Shown: positions 1 to 12,299 of the stretch, one piece after another
How positions within the stretch are numbered: position 1 is the first letter of the stretch
Layout: every line of letters starts with the position of its first letter
NCBI GenBank assembly: GCA_013239625.1
Contig: MU053559.1
Coordinates: 2,958,324-3,022,323, forward strand
Direction of reading: 5' to 3'
DNA: 64,000 nt
Origin: Lama guanicoe
Taxonomy: Eukaryota
Translations under genes and position numbers: made by a program
The notes under the pieces: model-generated
Seen by the model: only the letters and a program-made list of their open reading frames with translations
What the model was told of the DNA's origin: nothing
Databases searched by the model: none

Positions 1-279
1 TAAATACTAGACCCTTGGGGCAGGACTTCTGTGTTAACTAAATCGGTAATGTGATTAGGTGTGTGGTAAAACCCATTTGCTCATAGAAGCAAGTTATTTG
101 AATTACTATGCATCGTAAAATAATTACATAATGAGGTATAGTCTGGAGTATTTGCAGTGTATCAAAGGTGGGATTGGAATTTATAATTAATGATACCCCA
201 ATTTCTCAAATCTGTTGGGAAAAATCAAATTTTGGTGTCATTGTTACAGCCAGTCCAAATCAAATAAATCACATCTTTG

Positions 280-762
280 GTCATGTACCTCAGAAAGGGG
301 CCCCAAGACATGGATTGATGTACAAATGATTGATGAAAGAAGTGCTCCTAGGAGAAACCAGTAAGGGAGTGGGAGAAACAGGGCACAGAAGGGAAACAAG
401 CCAAGTAAACATGCACTTTCAAGCCAAGTCCCAGCCTCAGCCTGATCCTGTGGAGAGTTCTCGAACGTAAATTACACCTCCAAGTTTGTTAAGACCGGAG
501 GCAAGGAGCTAGGATTTCATATTCCTGCACTAGTCAATCATTGGTTAAGGCTGCCCCAGGGGAAGGAAATTCCCAGGCACTGCTTGCTTTCTGGACAAGT
601 GAGCAAAGTAGCTGGAACAGCCCATGGGCAGACCTCCAAAGAGTGTCACAGGTGCAAGCCATTATAAGCAGAGCACACGGGAGTTGGGAGAGATGGGGGC
701 TCTCCAGATGTCAACCGGATCCCAAGGGGGTGTACACAGAGCACCAACAGGGGCGACTACAC
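280..762 (-). mobile_element. Old ERVL-type LTR (LTR67B-like)
   Basis: Recognisable gtgctcctaggagaaaccagtaagggagtg...cagcctcagcctgatcc...cattggttaaggctgcccc motifs. Confidence 0.55.
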
Positions 763-813
763 CATGCTCATATAAATGCATTGGGATTTGGTTTCCTGGA
801 AGAAAACAAATTT

Positions 814-863
814 AGACTCTCTCTCTCACACACACACATACACGCGCACACACACAAACACAC
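814..863. repeat. (CT)n(CA)n microsatellite
   Basis: Seen directly in the sequence. Confidence 0.9.
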
Positions 864-1099
864 TGCTGAGAACGCCTTTTGATACCTGGGGCTCATGTTA
901 TCACATTTAACAGAGAAAAAGTCCTAAATACTAGAAAATTGCCTCTGGAGTTCATAACTCCGGGTAAGCAGGAAGGAAGACATAGATTGTATTTTGTTTG
1001 TTTTTATTTCACCATTTTTAACAAAAGAATTTAAAAGACTTAATATAACAAAATACTGAACAATCATTTAACTGTATTTTCTGTTCATTCTGTTTGTTT

Positions 1100-1830
1100 C
1101 TTTTTAAATCTAGCTTTTGGATAGGTAATGCATTCATGTGGTTCAGAAACCTGAAAGTATAAAAGGATAGACAGGTGACAGCCTCTTATTAATCCTCGTC
1201 CCCCATCTGCCAAGATCTTCCCTCACTACTATTCTTAGTTTATATGTGGACATACAAGCAAATACACATACCGACTTTTAGTGCCTTCCCTTTTATATCA
1301 AAGATGAAATAGTATAAAAATGGTGCCGCATATAAAAACTTGCATTTTTTTCACTTACCATATTTTAGAGTCTTTTCTAAATCGGGACATAGACAGTGTC
1401 CCCCACACCCCACCCCCTTTTTTTGACATCTGCATGACATTCCATTGAATGGATAAATAATCATTTATTTAACCAGTTCCCTACTGATGGACATTTGCAG
1501 TGTTTTTAATCCTTTGCAGTTACAAACGGTGCTTCATTGAGAGTAAACTTGTACTTATATAATCTTCCATGTGTGCAAGTATACCTGTAGAATAAATTCC
1601 CCAAAGTTTAGCTGTTCGTCAAAGGGCAAATAAATTTATAATTTCGATAGCCATTACTAAATTACCTTCCAGAGAGGTTATATACCAATTTGCATTCTCA
1701 CAAAGTAATACATGAGACTATCTACCCACATCCTCTCCAACACAGTGTATTATTAAACTTTTAGATTTTTGCCAATCTCATAAGTAAAAGATGATATCTC
1801 AATACAGTTTTAATTTGCATTTTTAAAATT
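1100..1830 (-). mobile_element. Old L1ME-type 3' fragment
   Basis: aaccagttccctactgatggacatt...ttttgccaatct L1M 3' motifs. Confidence 0.65.
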
Positions 1831-2364
1831 TTGAGAAAATTGAGTGTCTTTTTGTATGATATGTAGATTCTTAATATACTGAAAAATTTCCTGTTGATTC
1901 AGAGTGAGATCCTTGCCTGCAATTAGAAAGCTAGGATGAATGCAGACATTCGCTTTCCTGGGACACGTGTCAGGGTCAGAAAGTACCTTAGTGGTCATCT
2001 AGTCCAGTCCCAGTCTGATGCCTAAATGATCAGGGATCCCTGGCTTCCTCGGCAGAAATGTTCAGAGTTAGGGAGTTCACAAAATTGAAAACATCTTTCT
2101 GTGGCCCTAAAATTGAGAAAGTTTTTACAGAGCCAAGCTCCATAATTACCACATGACAGTAATTACAGTATGCTCTTGTTAAATTGTCCTATTCTTCTGG
2201 ATCACAATGAATATACCACAGAGAAATAATATTGGATTAAAATGTAGGTAGAATGGCTAACTTCTCCCTGTCTCAAAAATAATTCTTCACCTGATAGTGT
2301 CTTTAAATTATATTGCATACTGTTTTCATCCCAGTTAGAAATAGAACTTTAAATCTAAATGCCA

Positions 2365-2950
2365 CCTATGTAGTATTCCTGCTAAAAATGCTTAACCTGC
2401 ATCTAACCATGAGAACACCTCAGATAATACTAAATTGAAAGACATTCTAGAAAATACTGGCCTGGACTACTCCAGAATGCCGAGATCATAAAAATCAAAG
2501 AGGGGATAAGGAGCTGTTCTAGATTAAAAGAGACAGAGATGTGCCAGTTAATTGCCATCTGTGATCCTGAATTGGATTCAGGGAATCCACAGAATATAAA
2601 GGATATTATTGGGACAACTGGCAAAATTTAAATACAGATTGCACATCAGATTATAGCATTACATAAACATCAAGTTTTCTGATTTGCATAATTTAGCCGT
2701 GATCCTGCAAAAGAATGTCCTTACTCTTGGAAAATGCACAGTGAAGAATTTAGGGGCAAGGGGCGTGATATCTGCAATTTACTTTCAAATGGTTCAGGAA
2801 AAAAAATAGAGAAAGAAAAAGAGAGGCAATCATAAAGGAAATGTGGCAAAATGTTAATTGAAGCATGTGGGTGAAGGTTGGTTGGGATTTGATTGTGCTA
2901 TTCTTGCAACTTTTCTGAGGTTTGTGGTTATTTAAATATAAATTGAAATT
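2365..2950 (+). mobile_element. L1MC4/5-type 3' end
   Basis: gttctagattaaaagagac...ctattcttgcaacttttctgaggtttg motifs. Confidence 0.7.
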
Positions 2951-3212
2951 ATTCATATATAAATACTTCTGGAAGAGTAGCAAGCATGATACCTTTCAGA
3001 AGAGTGACTTAAGTTTCTACCAAAATATACATGACTGCTATGGGCTCATTTACTGAAACGGGACAGGTGGTGATTGATTCAACCAAGATTGGTTGAAGAA
3101 ATTTGGGATGGTCCCTTAGAATCTCTTCAAAAACTAGATGGAGAGAATTGTTGGCTTTTGAAAACTGGCCTTTGCATTTCCCTCCTGAACATACTTGTTC
3201 AGATTACCTTAC

Positions 3213-3334
3213 CAATAAGATGACAGTGTGAGCAAGAGCAGAGAGGAACGGTGATCAGTTGTCATCCAGGATCACAGTGCCACCAGTCCCATCACAGAGG
3301 TGGTCGTGGATCAGACAGAAGTGTGTCAGAAGCA
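3213..3334 (-). pseudogene. Possible further exon remnant
   Basis: Strong acceptor (tttttttttcctccttag|) and donor (TTG|gtaagg). One frame starts ASDTLLSDPR (RGS helix-2-like) but all frames contain stops. Confidence 0.3.
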
Positions 3335-3382
3335 CTAAGGAGGAAAAAAAAAAGAGTGTGGTGGTATAAAGCCATATTAAGC

Positions 3383-3446
3383 GGGGAGGGTGTAGCTAGC
3401 ATGCACAAGGTCCTGGGTTCAATCCCCAGTACCTCCACCAAAAAAA
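3383..3446 (+). mobile_element. Vic-1-like SINE with internal deletion
   Basis: ggggagggtgtagc-tagcatgcacaaggtcctgggttcaatccccagtacctcca plus A tail. Lacks the cagtggtagagc segment seen in the other copies. Confidence 0.85.
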
Positions 3447-3679
3447 CCCACCCCAGAGGGAATCAATTAGCAAGCCGAGAAAGACTTCTTTATTTTTTTT
3501 TCTCATAAGAAAGTAAGTTTTTCTCATCATCTGTGTTTGAAGATTTAAGCTTTTTTTTTTTTCCAGTAAGCTTATGCATATACCATGGGGCAAAATCTTT
3601 CTGACCCAGGGAAAAGAGGTTATCTTTACCTGCCAGCCAACCCTGTCCTCTCTGCCAACCCACTTCACACTAGAAGCAG

Positions 3680-3915
3680 CACAGCATAGAATCTATGTCG
3701 TGTCATGATGTAGAACACATTTAAATTTTGGTTTCACTTCTTACTAGCTCTGTGACCCTGGACAAATCACTGAATGTACCCGTCCCTTTATCTATCGACC
3801 TATAAAATGGGGATGATGATAAGCACACCTACTTCCCAACTGTGAAGATTGCGTCAACTTAGAACAATACTTGGCACATAGGTAGTACTATATAAGTGCT
3901 CGCTATTATTATTAC
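3680..3915 (+). mobile_element. MIR
   Basis: ctagctctgtgaccctggacaaatcact...taaaatggggatgatgat core. Confidence 0.75.
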
Positions 3916-4705
3916 TCTATTAATTTCAGGAACCCACGGCTCTAAAGCCAAGTCGTGGTTAAGCTACCCTCGGCATGGCCCTGCTAAAATATTTTAAGTA
4001 TTAAGTCAAACCTGCTTTCCAAGAGTTCTAGTCGTATTCATTCAGGCAGTCCGTGGGCCAATTAAACGAAGATGCTATTTGAATTTTACCAGATTATAGG
4101 AATCAACTCAATTAATAGACCTCATTAATTTCTAACTCTTAATTCATTTACACTAATATGCTTATCCCATGGATGGATAGTTCCCCTGGCTATAGTCATG
4201 GTTTTAATTTTATTAAAGGTTTTAACATTATCCTCCTAATACCTTTCTTTGGCCCTGCTCTCTTAGGCTATGTTTTCTGATTTCATAAGCCGAAAAGCAC
4301 AATGTTGGATGACGTATGGCATGGGGGCCGTCCAAGGAGCTCAAAGAGGAAACATGACAAACCCTCACTAATTAGGATTCCACTGACTCTGGACTTCTGA
4401 TCATTTCGACACAAGGTAAATGAGAAGTTTTAGGTGTCATTAGAGGAGAAAGCTGCTGCATTTCAATTTTGCCAAGTTAAACTTACCTTATCTAATTCTA
4501 GCTCTGAAAGGAAGAGATATGCAAGGAAACTTGAAAGGGCAAAAAAGCCCTGTTTCTTTGAGGAAGACTCAGCTCAGTTTCAAACTTGTACATACACACA
4601 GCAGGTAGAATTAGGGGATAAAAATTGTAAACCACTCCAAGAAGAAAGCAAAGTGATTACTTTTTCATGGTTTTTGAAATTTTTGTTTGAGTAGATCCTT
4701 TTTAA

Positions 4706-5105
4706 AAATTTTTAATTTTTTAATTGAAGTCTAGTTGATTTACAATGTGTTACTTTCAGGTGTACAGCAAAGTGACTCAGTTATATATATATACACATAT
4801 GTATAGTTTTTCAGATTCTTTTTCATATAGGTTATTACAAGATACTGAATATAGTTTTCTGTGCTATACAGTAGGTCCTTGTTGTTTATCTATTTTATAT
4901 ATAGTAGTGTGTATATGTTAGTCCCAAACTAATTTATCCCTTCCCCAACCCCTGCTCCCAGCCCTTTCCCCTCTGGCAACCATGGTTTGTTTTCTATCTC
5001 TGTGAGCCTGTTTCTGATTTGTTAATATGTTCATTTGTATCTTTTTTTAAGGCTCTACTTATAGGTGCTATCATACAATATTTGTCTTTCTCTGTCTGAC
5101 TTACT
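4706..5105 (-). mobile_element. L1 3' UTR (artiodactyl type), 5'-truncated
   Basis: ttttaattgaagtctagttgatttacaatg...ctgtgctatacagtaggtcctt after a T-rich tail. Confidence 0.85.
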
Positions 5106-5149
5106 ACTAATTTGTAAAACTATGATGAGAGCGTTTATTATCCACTTGG

Positions 5150-5370
5150 CCCCGTGGAGAGTCAGCAGGTTACAGATTTGAAGACCAGTTCTGCCTCAGG
5201 ACAGCTAGGTTTACTTGTGCACGATGTTTACCTTCTATGACCTTGTTTCCTTATCAGTAAAATGGGGATAATTGTCACCCTGCAGAACTGTTGGAAGGGT
5301 TTATTGGAATAATCCATGTAAAGTCCTTGGCATTGTGTCTGGTGAGAAGCCAGAGGCTCATTCCAATAAT
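5150..5370 (+). mobile_element. MIR
   Basis: tttccttatcagtaaaatggggataatt core. Confidence 0.65.
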
Positions 5371-5489
5371 ACTGTCACTCCTCAAATAATTTTTTCAAAC
5401 GCATATTCTTAAAGTGCCTTCAGATTTAGTTTGAGTTACCAGGAAAAGAAAAGTTTCATTACCCTGGAGTCATATTTCATTCTTGACAT

Positions 5490-5800
5490 TAAAAAATATT
5501 CTCCAGATTGGTCTTTTGACCTACTTATCAAACACAGGTGGCTTTTGACTATTGCCAAAAATTAAATCACCATTAAAGGACAGAAATGTATTGCCATTCA
5601 GGATATCTTAAAAACCACATATCATGATTTGAAGGCAAACCTAACAAAATAAGAGTTTCAAAAATGTTAGAGCAATGATTCCATCAATCTTGGCATTAAT
5701 ACAAAGCATCATAAAAAGACAACCTGGAAGTTGCTAGATCTTAGAAGTGTACATTCTAGTGGGTTTGTTTCAAAAAATACACATATAATTCTATGGTCTT
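5490..5800 (+). mobile_element. MARNA-like mariner remnant
   Basis: YSPD...F*LLPKIKSPLK resembles the mariner C-terminus YSPDLAPSDFWLFPKIKxxLKG; gagtttcaaaaatgttagagcaatg. Confidence 0.6.
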
Positions 5801-6165
5801 ATTTAAAGAATAAACTCTTAGCTTTTATCAGAGATACTGGATTTTCAGTTGTAAAAATAATGTCATTTCCCTGATACCACATTTGGTAAGAAAGCAAGTT
5901 CAATTTCCAAGCATCAAGGAGAATTTGTAAAAGCACAGATGCTTCCTTGTAATCATTTGATGCAGAAGAGAAGTCAAACCCTGAGATAGGTTACCAAGAA
6001 TGTTCCAGAAGTGCCTAGAATCAAAATATGTGATCCAGGGAAATTATGGAGGAAAATATGTGGCATAAAATAACAGCTATTGCATGGCCATCAGCGGGAG
6101 GACAAGACTACTGAGAGGAAGCAAGAAAAGATTTTTTTGTCTTTTTAAATCTTACTGAATTTGAT

Positions 6166-6403
6166 TTTTTTTTTTTGGTTTTTGTTTTGTTCTTTAAACA
6201 TTTCTTTCATTGAGTTATAGTCATTTTACAATGTTGTATCAGATTCCAGTGTAGAGCACAATTTTTCTGTTATACATGAACATACATATTTGATTGTCAC
6301 ATTTTTTTTCCGCTGTGAGCTACCACAAGATCTTGTATATATTTCCCTGTGCTATACAGTATAATCTTATTTCTCTATTCTACATATGCCTGTCAGTATC
6401 TAC
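6166..6403 (-). mobile_element. Young L1 3' end
   Basis: Poly-T then cattgagttatagtcattttacaatg...ccctgtgctatacagta. Confidence 0.8.
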
Positions 6404-7820
6404 AGCTTTATTGCAATATCAGTTACATAATATACAATTTACCCATTTAAAGTGTACAAGTCAAAAACTGTAATGAGATAGCACCTCACACCAGTCAGGA
6501 TGGCTACGATCAAACATAACAAAATAACAAATGTTAGCAAGAATGTGGAGAAAAGGGAGGCCTCCTACACTGTTGGTGGGGATGTAAATTGGTACAGCCA
6601 CTCCTCAAAAAACTGTGGAGTTTCTTCAAAAAACTAAAAACAGAGCTACCATATAATCCAGCCATCCCACTTCTGGGTACATATCAGAAGAAAATGAAAA
6701 ACACTAATTTGAAAAGAATCCATGCACCTCAATGTTCATAGTAGCATTATTTACAATTGTCAAGATATGGCAGCAGCCTAAGTGTGGATAAAGAGGATGT
6801 GGTATACATATACATACACACAATGGAACATGACTCAGCCATAGAGAATGAAACTTTACCATTTGCAACAACATGGATGGACTTGGAGGGCATTATGCTA
6901 AGTGAAATAAGTCAGATAGAGAAAGACAAATACTGTATGCTATCAGCTATATGTGGAATCTAAAAAAATAAAACAAGTGAGTGAATATAACAAAGCAGAA
7001 ATAGACTCACAAGTATAGAGAACAAACTAGTGGTTACTAGTTGCGGGGACGGGCAATATAAGGGTGGGGGAGTGGGAGGCACAAAGTATTGTGTGTAAGG
7101 TAGGCTCAAGGATGTATTGTACAGCACAAGGAATATAGCCAATAGTTTGTAATAACTATAAATGGAAATTAACCTTTAAATACTGTATAAAAAATTAAAA
7201 ATATAAGTTCGTGAACTTTGAAAATTATACATACAAGTCAATGGTTTTGAGTGTATTCACAGTGTGCAACCATGACTAAAATCTAGTTTTAGAATATCTT
7301 CATTACCCCTAAAAGAAATCTCCCCATTCCTCACAAAACCCCTTCTCCCCTCAACCCTAGGCAACCACGAATCTACTTTCTGTCTCTGTAGATTTGCCTA
7401 TTCTGGACATTTCATATAAGTGGACTCATACAACATGTGGTCCTTTGTGACTGGTTTCTTTCACTCAGCAGAATGTTTTCAAGGTTTATCCATGTTATAG
7501 CATGTATCAGGACTTCTTCCTTTTTGTGGCTGAATAATATTCTAATGTATGGATATACCACATCTTGATCCATTCATCAGTTCATAGACATTTGGGTTGT
7601 TTCTGCTTTTTTTGGCTACTATGCATCATGCTGCTATGTACAAGTTTCTGTGTGGATGTATGTTTCCATTTCTCTTGGGTATATAGCTAGGAGTGGAATT
7701 GCTGGGTCATAGGGCAACTCTGTGTTTAACGTTTTGAGGAAATGTCCAACTATTTCCCACAGCAGCTGCACCATTTTACATTCTCACCAGCAATGTATGA
7801 GGGTCCTGATTTCTCCATAG
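6404..7820 (-). mobile_element. L1MB-type 3' end, split by a younger L1
   Basis: agctttattg...ccatttaaagtgtacaa resumes at 7242 with tggttttgagtgtattcacag. Confidence 0.8.
6465..7231 (+). mobile_element. L1 (L1MA9-like) ORF2 end plus 3' UTR
   Basis: TSD tacaagtcaa at 6455-6464 and 7232-7241. ORF 6757-6963 shows PFATTWMDLEGIMLSEISQ. Confidence 0.85.
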
Positions 7821-7982
7821 CTGTTTGATTTAAATCAAACATTCAAGACTACTGACAGCAGATCTAGACTATTAAGATGGAAAGAAATAGAAAGAGATAT
7901 AACAAACATATAAATTGTTTCAGGGCTGCTGACAGTGTCATGAGCCTGTTGGAAAAAAATTACATGTAAAATAAAATAAAAA

Positions 7983-9727
7983 TTTTTATTTTTTTTTAAT
8001 TGAAGTATAGTTGACTTACAATATTGTGTTAATTTCTGGTGTATAGCATAGTAATTCCATTATACATAGATATTTGTATTCCTTTTCATATTCTTTTTCA
8101 TTACAGGCTATTACAAGGTGTTGAATATAGTTCCCTGTCCTATACAGTAGGACCTTGCTGTTTATCTATTTTATACATAATTGTTTGTATCTGCAAATCC
8201 CAAACTCTCAATTTATCTCCCCTGCCCCAAACCCAGTAACCACAAGTTTGCTTTCTATGCTGTGAGTCTGTTTCTGTTTTGTAAATAAGTTCATTTGTCT
8301 CATTTTTTCAGATTCCACATATGAGTGATATCATATGATACTTGTGTTTTTCTGGCTTACTTCACTTAGTATGACAATCTCTATGTCCATCCATGTTGCT
8401 GCAAGTGGAATTATGTCATTCTTTTTTATGGCTGAGGAGTATTCCATTATTTATATATATATATGTATGTGTATGTGTGTATATATATATACACCACATC
8501 TTCTTTACCCATTCAAATGTTGATGGACATTTTTTTGCTTCCATATCTTGGCTATTGTAAATAGTGCTGCTGTGAACATTGGGGTGCATGTATCTTTTCG
8601 AATTAGAGTTCTCTCTGGATACATGCCCAGGAGTAGAATTGCTGGATCATATGGTAAGTCTCTTTTTAGTTTTTTAAAGAATCTCCATATTATTTTCCTT
8701 AATGGCTGCACCAAACCACATTCCTGCCAACAGTGTAGGAGGGTTCCCTTTTCTCCACATCCTCTCCAACGTTTATTGTTTGTGGACTTTTGAATGATGG
8801 CCATTCTGACTGGTGTGAGGTGATACCTTATTGTAGTTTTGATTTGCATTTCTCTGATAATTAGCACTATTGAGCATTTTTTCATGTGCCTATTGGCCAT
8901 TTGTATGTCTTCATTGGAGGAATGTTTCTTTAGGTCTTCTGCCCATTTTTTGATTGGGTTGTTTTTTGTTTGTTTGTTATTGAGTTGTATGAGCTGTTTG
9001 TATATTCTGGAAATTGAGCCCTTGTCAGTCACATCATTTGCAAATATTTTCTCCCATTCCATGGGTTGTATTTTTGTTTTGTTTATAGTTTCCTTTGCTG
9101 TGCAGAAGCTTATAAGTTTAATTAGGTCCCATTTGTTTATTTTTGCTTTTATTTCTATTGCCTGGGTAGACTGCCCTACGAAAATATTACCACGATTTAT
9201 GTTAGAGAATGTTTTGTCTATGTTTTCTTCTAGGAGACTTAATGGTGTCCTGTTTTATATTTAAGTCTTTAAGCCATTTTGAGTTAATTTTTGTGTATGG
9301 AGTGAGGGAGTGTTCTAGCTTCATTGATTTACATGTGGCTATCCACCTTTCCCAACACCACTTGCTGAAGAGACTGTCTTTCCTCCATTGTAAATTCTTG
9401 CCTCCTTAATTGAAGATTAACTGACCGTGTGTGAGTTTATTTCTGGGCTCTCTGTTCTGTTCCATTGATTCATACATCTATTTTTGTGCTAATACCACAC
9501 TGTTTTGATTACTGTAGCTCTGTAGTATTGTGTGAAGTCTGGGAAGGTTATTTCTCCAGCTTCGTTCTTTTTCTTCAGTATTGCTTTGGTGATTCTGGGT
9601 CTTTTGTGGTTCCACATAAATTTTAAGATTATTTATTCTAGTTCTGTGAACAATGTACTCATTTCAATCTGTAGATTGCTTTGGGAAGTATGGCCATTTT
9701 AACAACATTAATTCTTCCAATCCAAAA
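7983..9727 (-). mobile_element. 5'-truncated L1 with ORF2 C-terminal remnant
   Basis: ORF 8505-9062 (-) WEKIFAND...[19 protein letters not shown]...CWQEC is the L1 ORF2 C-terminus. Confidence 0.95.
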
Positions 9728-9793
9728 GGATGAGATATCTAAAATAAAATACTTTAAACATCATCATCATCAACCAAGATTGCTTGTTGTCAC

Positions 9794-9889
9794 CTGTTCT
9801 TTTGTAGTTATTGGAGAAGCTAGACCAACTGTGTGTGTCTGCCTCCTGGACAGCACACATATTCATATTTAGAGACTTAAGGACCAAAA
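9794..9889 (-). pseudogene. 96-nt symmetric exon remnant
   Basis: Acceptor ctcccctttttcag|, donor CAG|gtgaca. Open phase-1 frame LVLKSLNMNMCAVQEADTHSWSSFSNNYKRT. Confidence 0.45.
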
Positions 9890-10233
9890 CTGAAAAAGGG
9901 GAGAGCTTAATGGAAATAAATAATTGAAGATGATTATAATTGAGAGAGAAAATTGAAGAAGAATTTATGATATAATTTCAAGCTAAATGTCCAACTTCAG
10001 CTCCCCATTCTGTCCTTGAAAACTCCATTCCGGCCAGTGCTCCCACTGTCCCACCATTTGATGACTCTGCTGTCCCACTTGGCTCAGATTCTTTGGTGGC
10101 TGCTCCACTTTTGCCTCTGAATACCCAGCCTGTACTCTTCAGATTACTTGTTTGGTACCTTTTGACATATACCATTGTCTGTTGTAGTTATTGAACTTTT
10201 GATGTGCATGTATGCTTTGCCTCCCTTTGTTAC

Positions 10234-10434
10234 CTCTTGAATGCAGTCAGGGTATTAAACTCATATGAAATTTCCTAATTCACTGAACACAGCTAGTGAT
10301 TATGATGTGAGGATTTCATAATGGCATTCAATTCATCTTTGTTGAGTGTGTGTTTCATTCTGGAGCATGACATGTAAATTTCAGTGATGTCACAAGCTGA
10401 CAAAATACAACTTTTTCTTTTCAATTTCTGGACC
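10234..10434 (-). pseudogene. 201-nt exon remnant: RGS helices 4-9
   Basis: Acceptor tttttgcttattttcag|, donor GAG|gtaaca. Single frame VQKLKRKSCILSACDITEIYMSCSRMKHTLNKDELNAIMKSSHHNH*LCSVN*EISYEFNTLTAFK contains VQKxK, AxxIxxxY and xEI motifs. Confidence 0.65.
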
Positions 10435-11199
10435 CTGAAAATAAGCAAAAAGAAATGGTCTATTTTTGAAAACAATATAGCAATTTCAGAAAAGCAATGC
10501 ACACTAGCAGCCAAAAAGAAATATTGATCATAAGCTGACACCTAATCGAATGTCTGACTCATCCTGTGTGTGACCCATTTCTCATCTGAGTACACAGACA
10601 CACACACACACACTCCATCCTCACAACTTCAACAAAACTTCACCTGTCAATATCTGCCTCTGAGCACATGAAACTTGAGCAGCAGTAAAAAATAGGAGTT
10701 GCCACTTTCACAAAAGCCTGAAGCTCTATTCCCAAGACTAGGAAGATAATGTTCATCCTCCTGAAAACATTGAGAGATTTTATTTGCAACTTTTTATGAT
10801 GCAGAGCTTATGAAATAAAATAATAATGTAACACAGTCTACTTTGTTTTTATATGGCCCCTTTCATCCAAGGAGCTTAAAGAAACTTGCAAACATTACTC
10901 ATTTACCTTCATAAATTTTTTTTATTGAATTAACAAGATAGTCTACCGAGCACAAGTTAAAAGCAATAAAAACAACCATATTTTACGTAACGACTGTTCC
11001 AAACATATCCAATTTCCATTTTCTTGACTTAACATGAAATTATTCAGCCTCTCATTAGTTTCAACCTCCAGGAGATAAGGCAACAATGAACTGCTGAAGT
11101 GTATAAATTAAAAAGAATAATTCAGAGCTCGTGTCGCATTTGTCTTCCCCCTGTCTAACTTAGAGCTTTAATTCTGAAGAAGAAGGAAAAACCCATGAT

Positions 11200-11639
11200 A
11201 CATTTCTTTCCTTGCCAATCCTATGTGTATTTCATGGTTTATGACAACTCCTCTGAGTCTGTAATGGGGTTTGAGCTCTTGGGGGAAACTTCGCTGACAC
11301 CAATGGAGACATATTCCTGGGATGCTTCGTAATGCTTTTATGGCCTCGCCATGTTCTTTGATCTTGGTATCACAAAGCCAAAGTTTGCTTAGGTCACGTG
11401 TTTTCATGTGGAGGGCTGGGGCTGGTGGAGGGGTGATCTTTCACCTGCCCTGGGGTGGAGGGGTGGGGAACGTGATGCAGCCGTTTGAGGATGCTGACTT
11501 GTACAGTAGCATAATTGTATTGGAGGGCTGTCTTCTCAGTTCTTTCAGTCTGTAGAATTCTTATGATGTGGTATTGGGGCTCAAGTAATCTCCACGGGTG
11601 TTTTCTTCAAGTGGGTCCAGCCATTTTAATGAATTGTTT
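11200..11639 (-). pseudogene. Exon remnant(s)
   Basis: Acceptor-like ctgctttcacgttaatttaag|. KWLDPLEENTRGDYLSP..., later AIKALRS and MSPLVSAKF (cf. recalled RGS22 KALLNPVTSRQF). Several frameshifts are needed. Confidence 0.35.
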
Positions 11640-12299
11640 CTTAAATTAACGTGAAAGCAGGACAGTGCTCAAAATTAATGTTAAAATAACAGTACTGCCT
11701 TAGAACAGCTTGCAACAGCAATAATAAAATGGATTTCGCTAGGAAAGTAGAAGCCTCCCCGACTAAGTCACCCTCCACTCTACCCCAGATGTTTCTCAGT
11801 CCGTATTTTTATTTGTGGTCTGTTTCTTGGGAAAATTCCTCACCTGTTTGGATGTTAAACTAGATGCTAAATCTAGCCCTGAAACTCTGAAAGTGTTTTG
11901 CAGTCATGGGACTCTAGGCTCTTATAAATGTCAAGGCAAATGTTTAGATGAAGGTGAAGTAAAATACTGCCTGTAGCTTTATTTTCCTAAGTGAATTATT
12001 TTTAAAGGAATATTCAACAATGTTCAAGTGTTCTAGCTGATGTGTGGTTTTGGCCCTATTTGTGCTATACCAAAATAGTTATTTTATTGGGAAACAAGAC
12101 AAAAAATTTCCACTTATCGTTTGGCATGGTATAAATCAAAAAGAATAAAGATTTGTTGGTTTTAAAATATTTTGTTACAGAACATAAAAAACATACAAAG
12201 AGACAATAATCAGTGCTTCCATACCCTTCACCACAAAAGAATAGACATTAACATTGGCCTTGGTGACTTTATTCTCATAAAATAAAACGAAATGAAATA

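Noticed and set aside
3213..3334. LDL-receptor class A-like peptide HFCLIHDHLCDG
   Set aside because: The remaining cysteines and the acidic DxSDE motif are absent.
8505..9062. 185-aa ORF as a host gene
   Set aside because: It is the L1 ORF2 C-terminus in a 5'-truncated element. The overlapping plus-strand ORFs are antisense L1 artefacts.
9809..10195. Plus-strand Pro/Ser-rich coding-like stretch after a tttgtag acceptor
   Set aside because: Several stops and no recognisable homology; it overlaps better-supported minus-strand exons.
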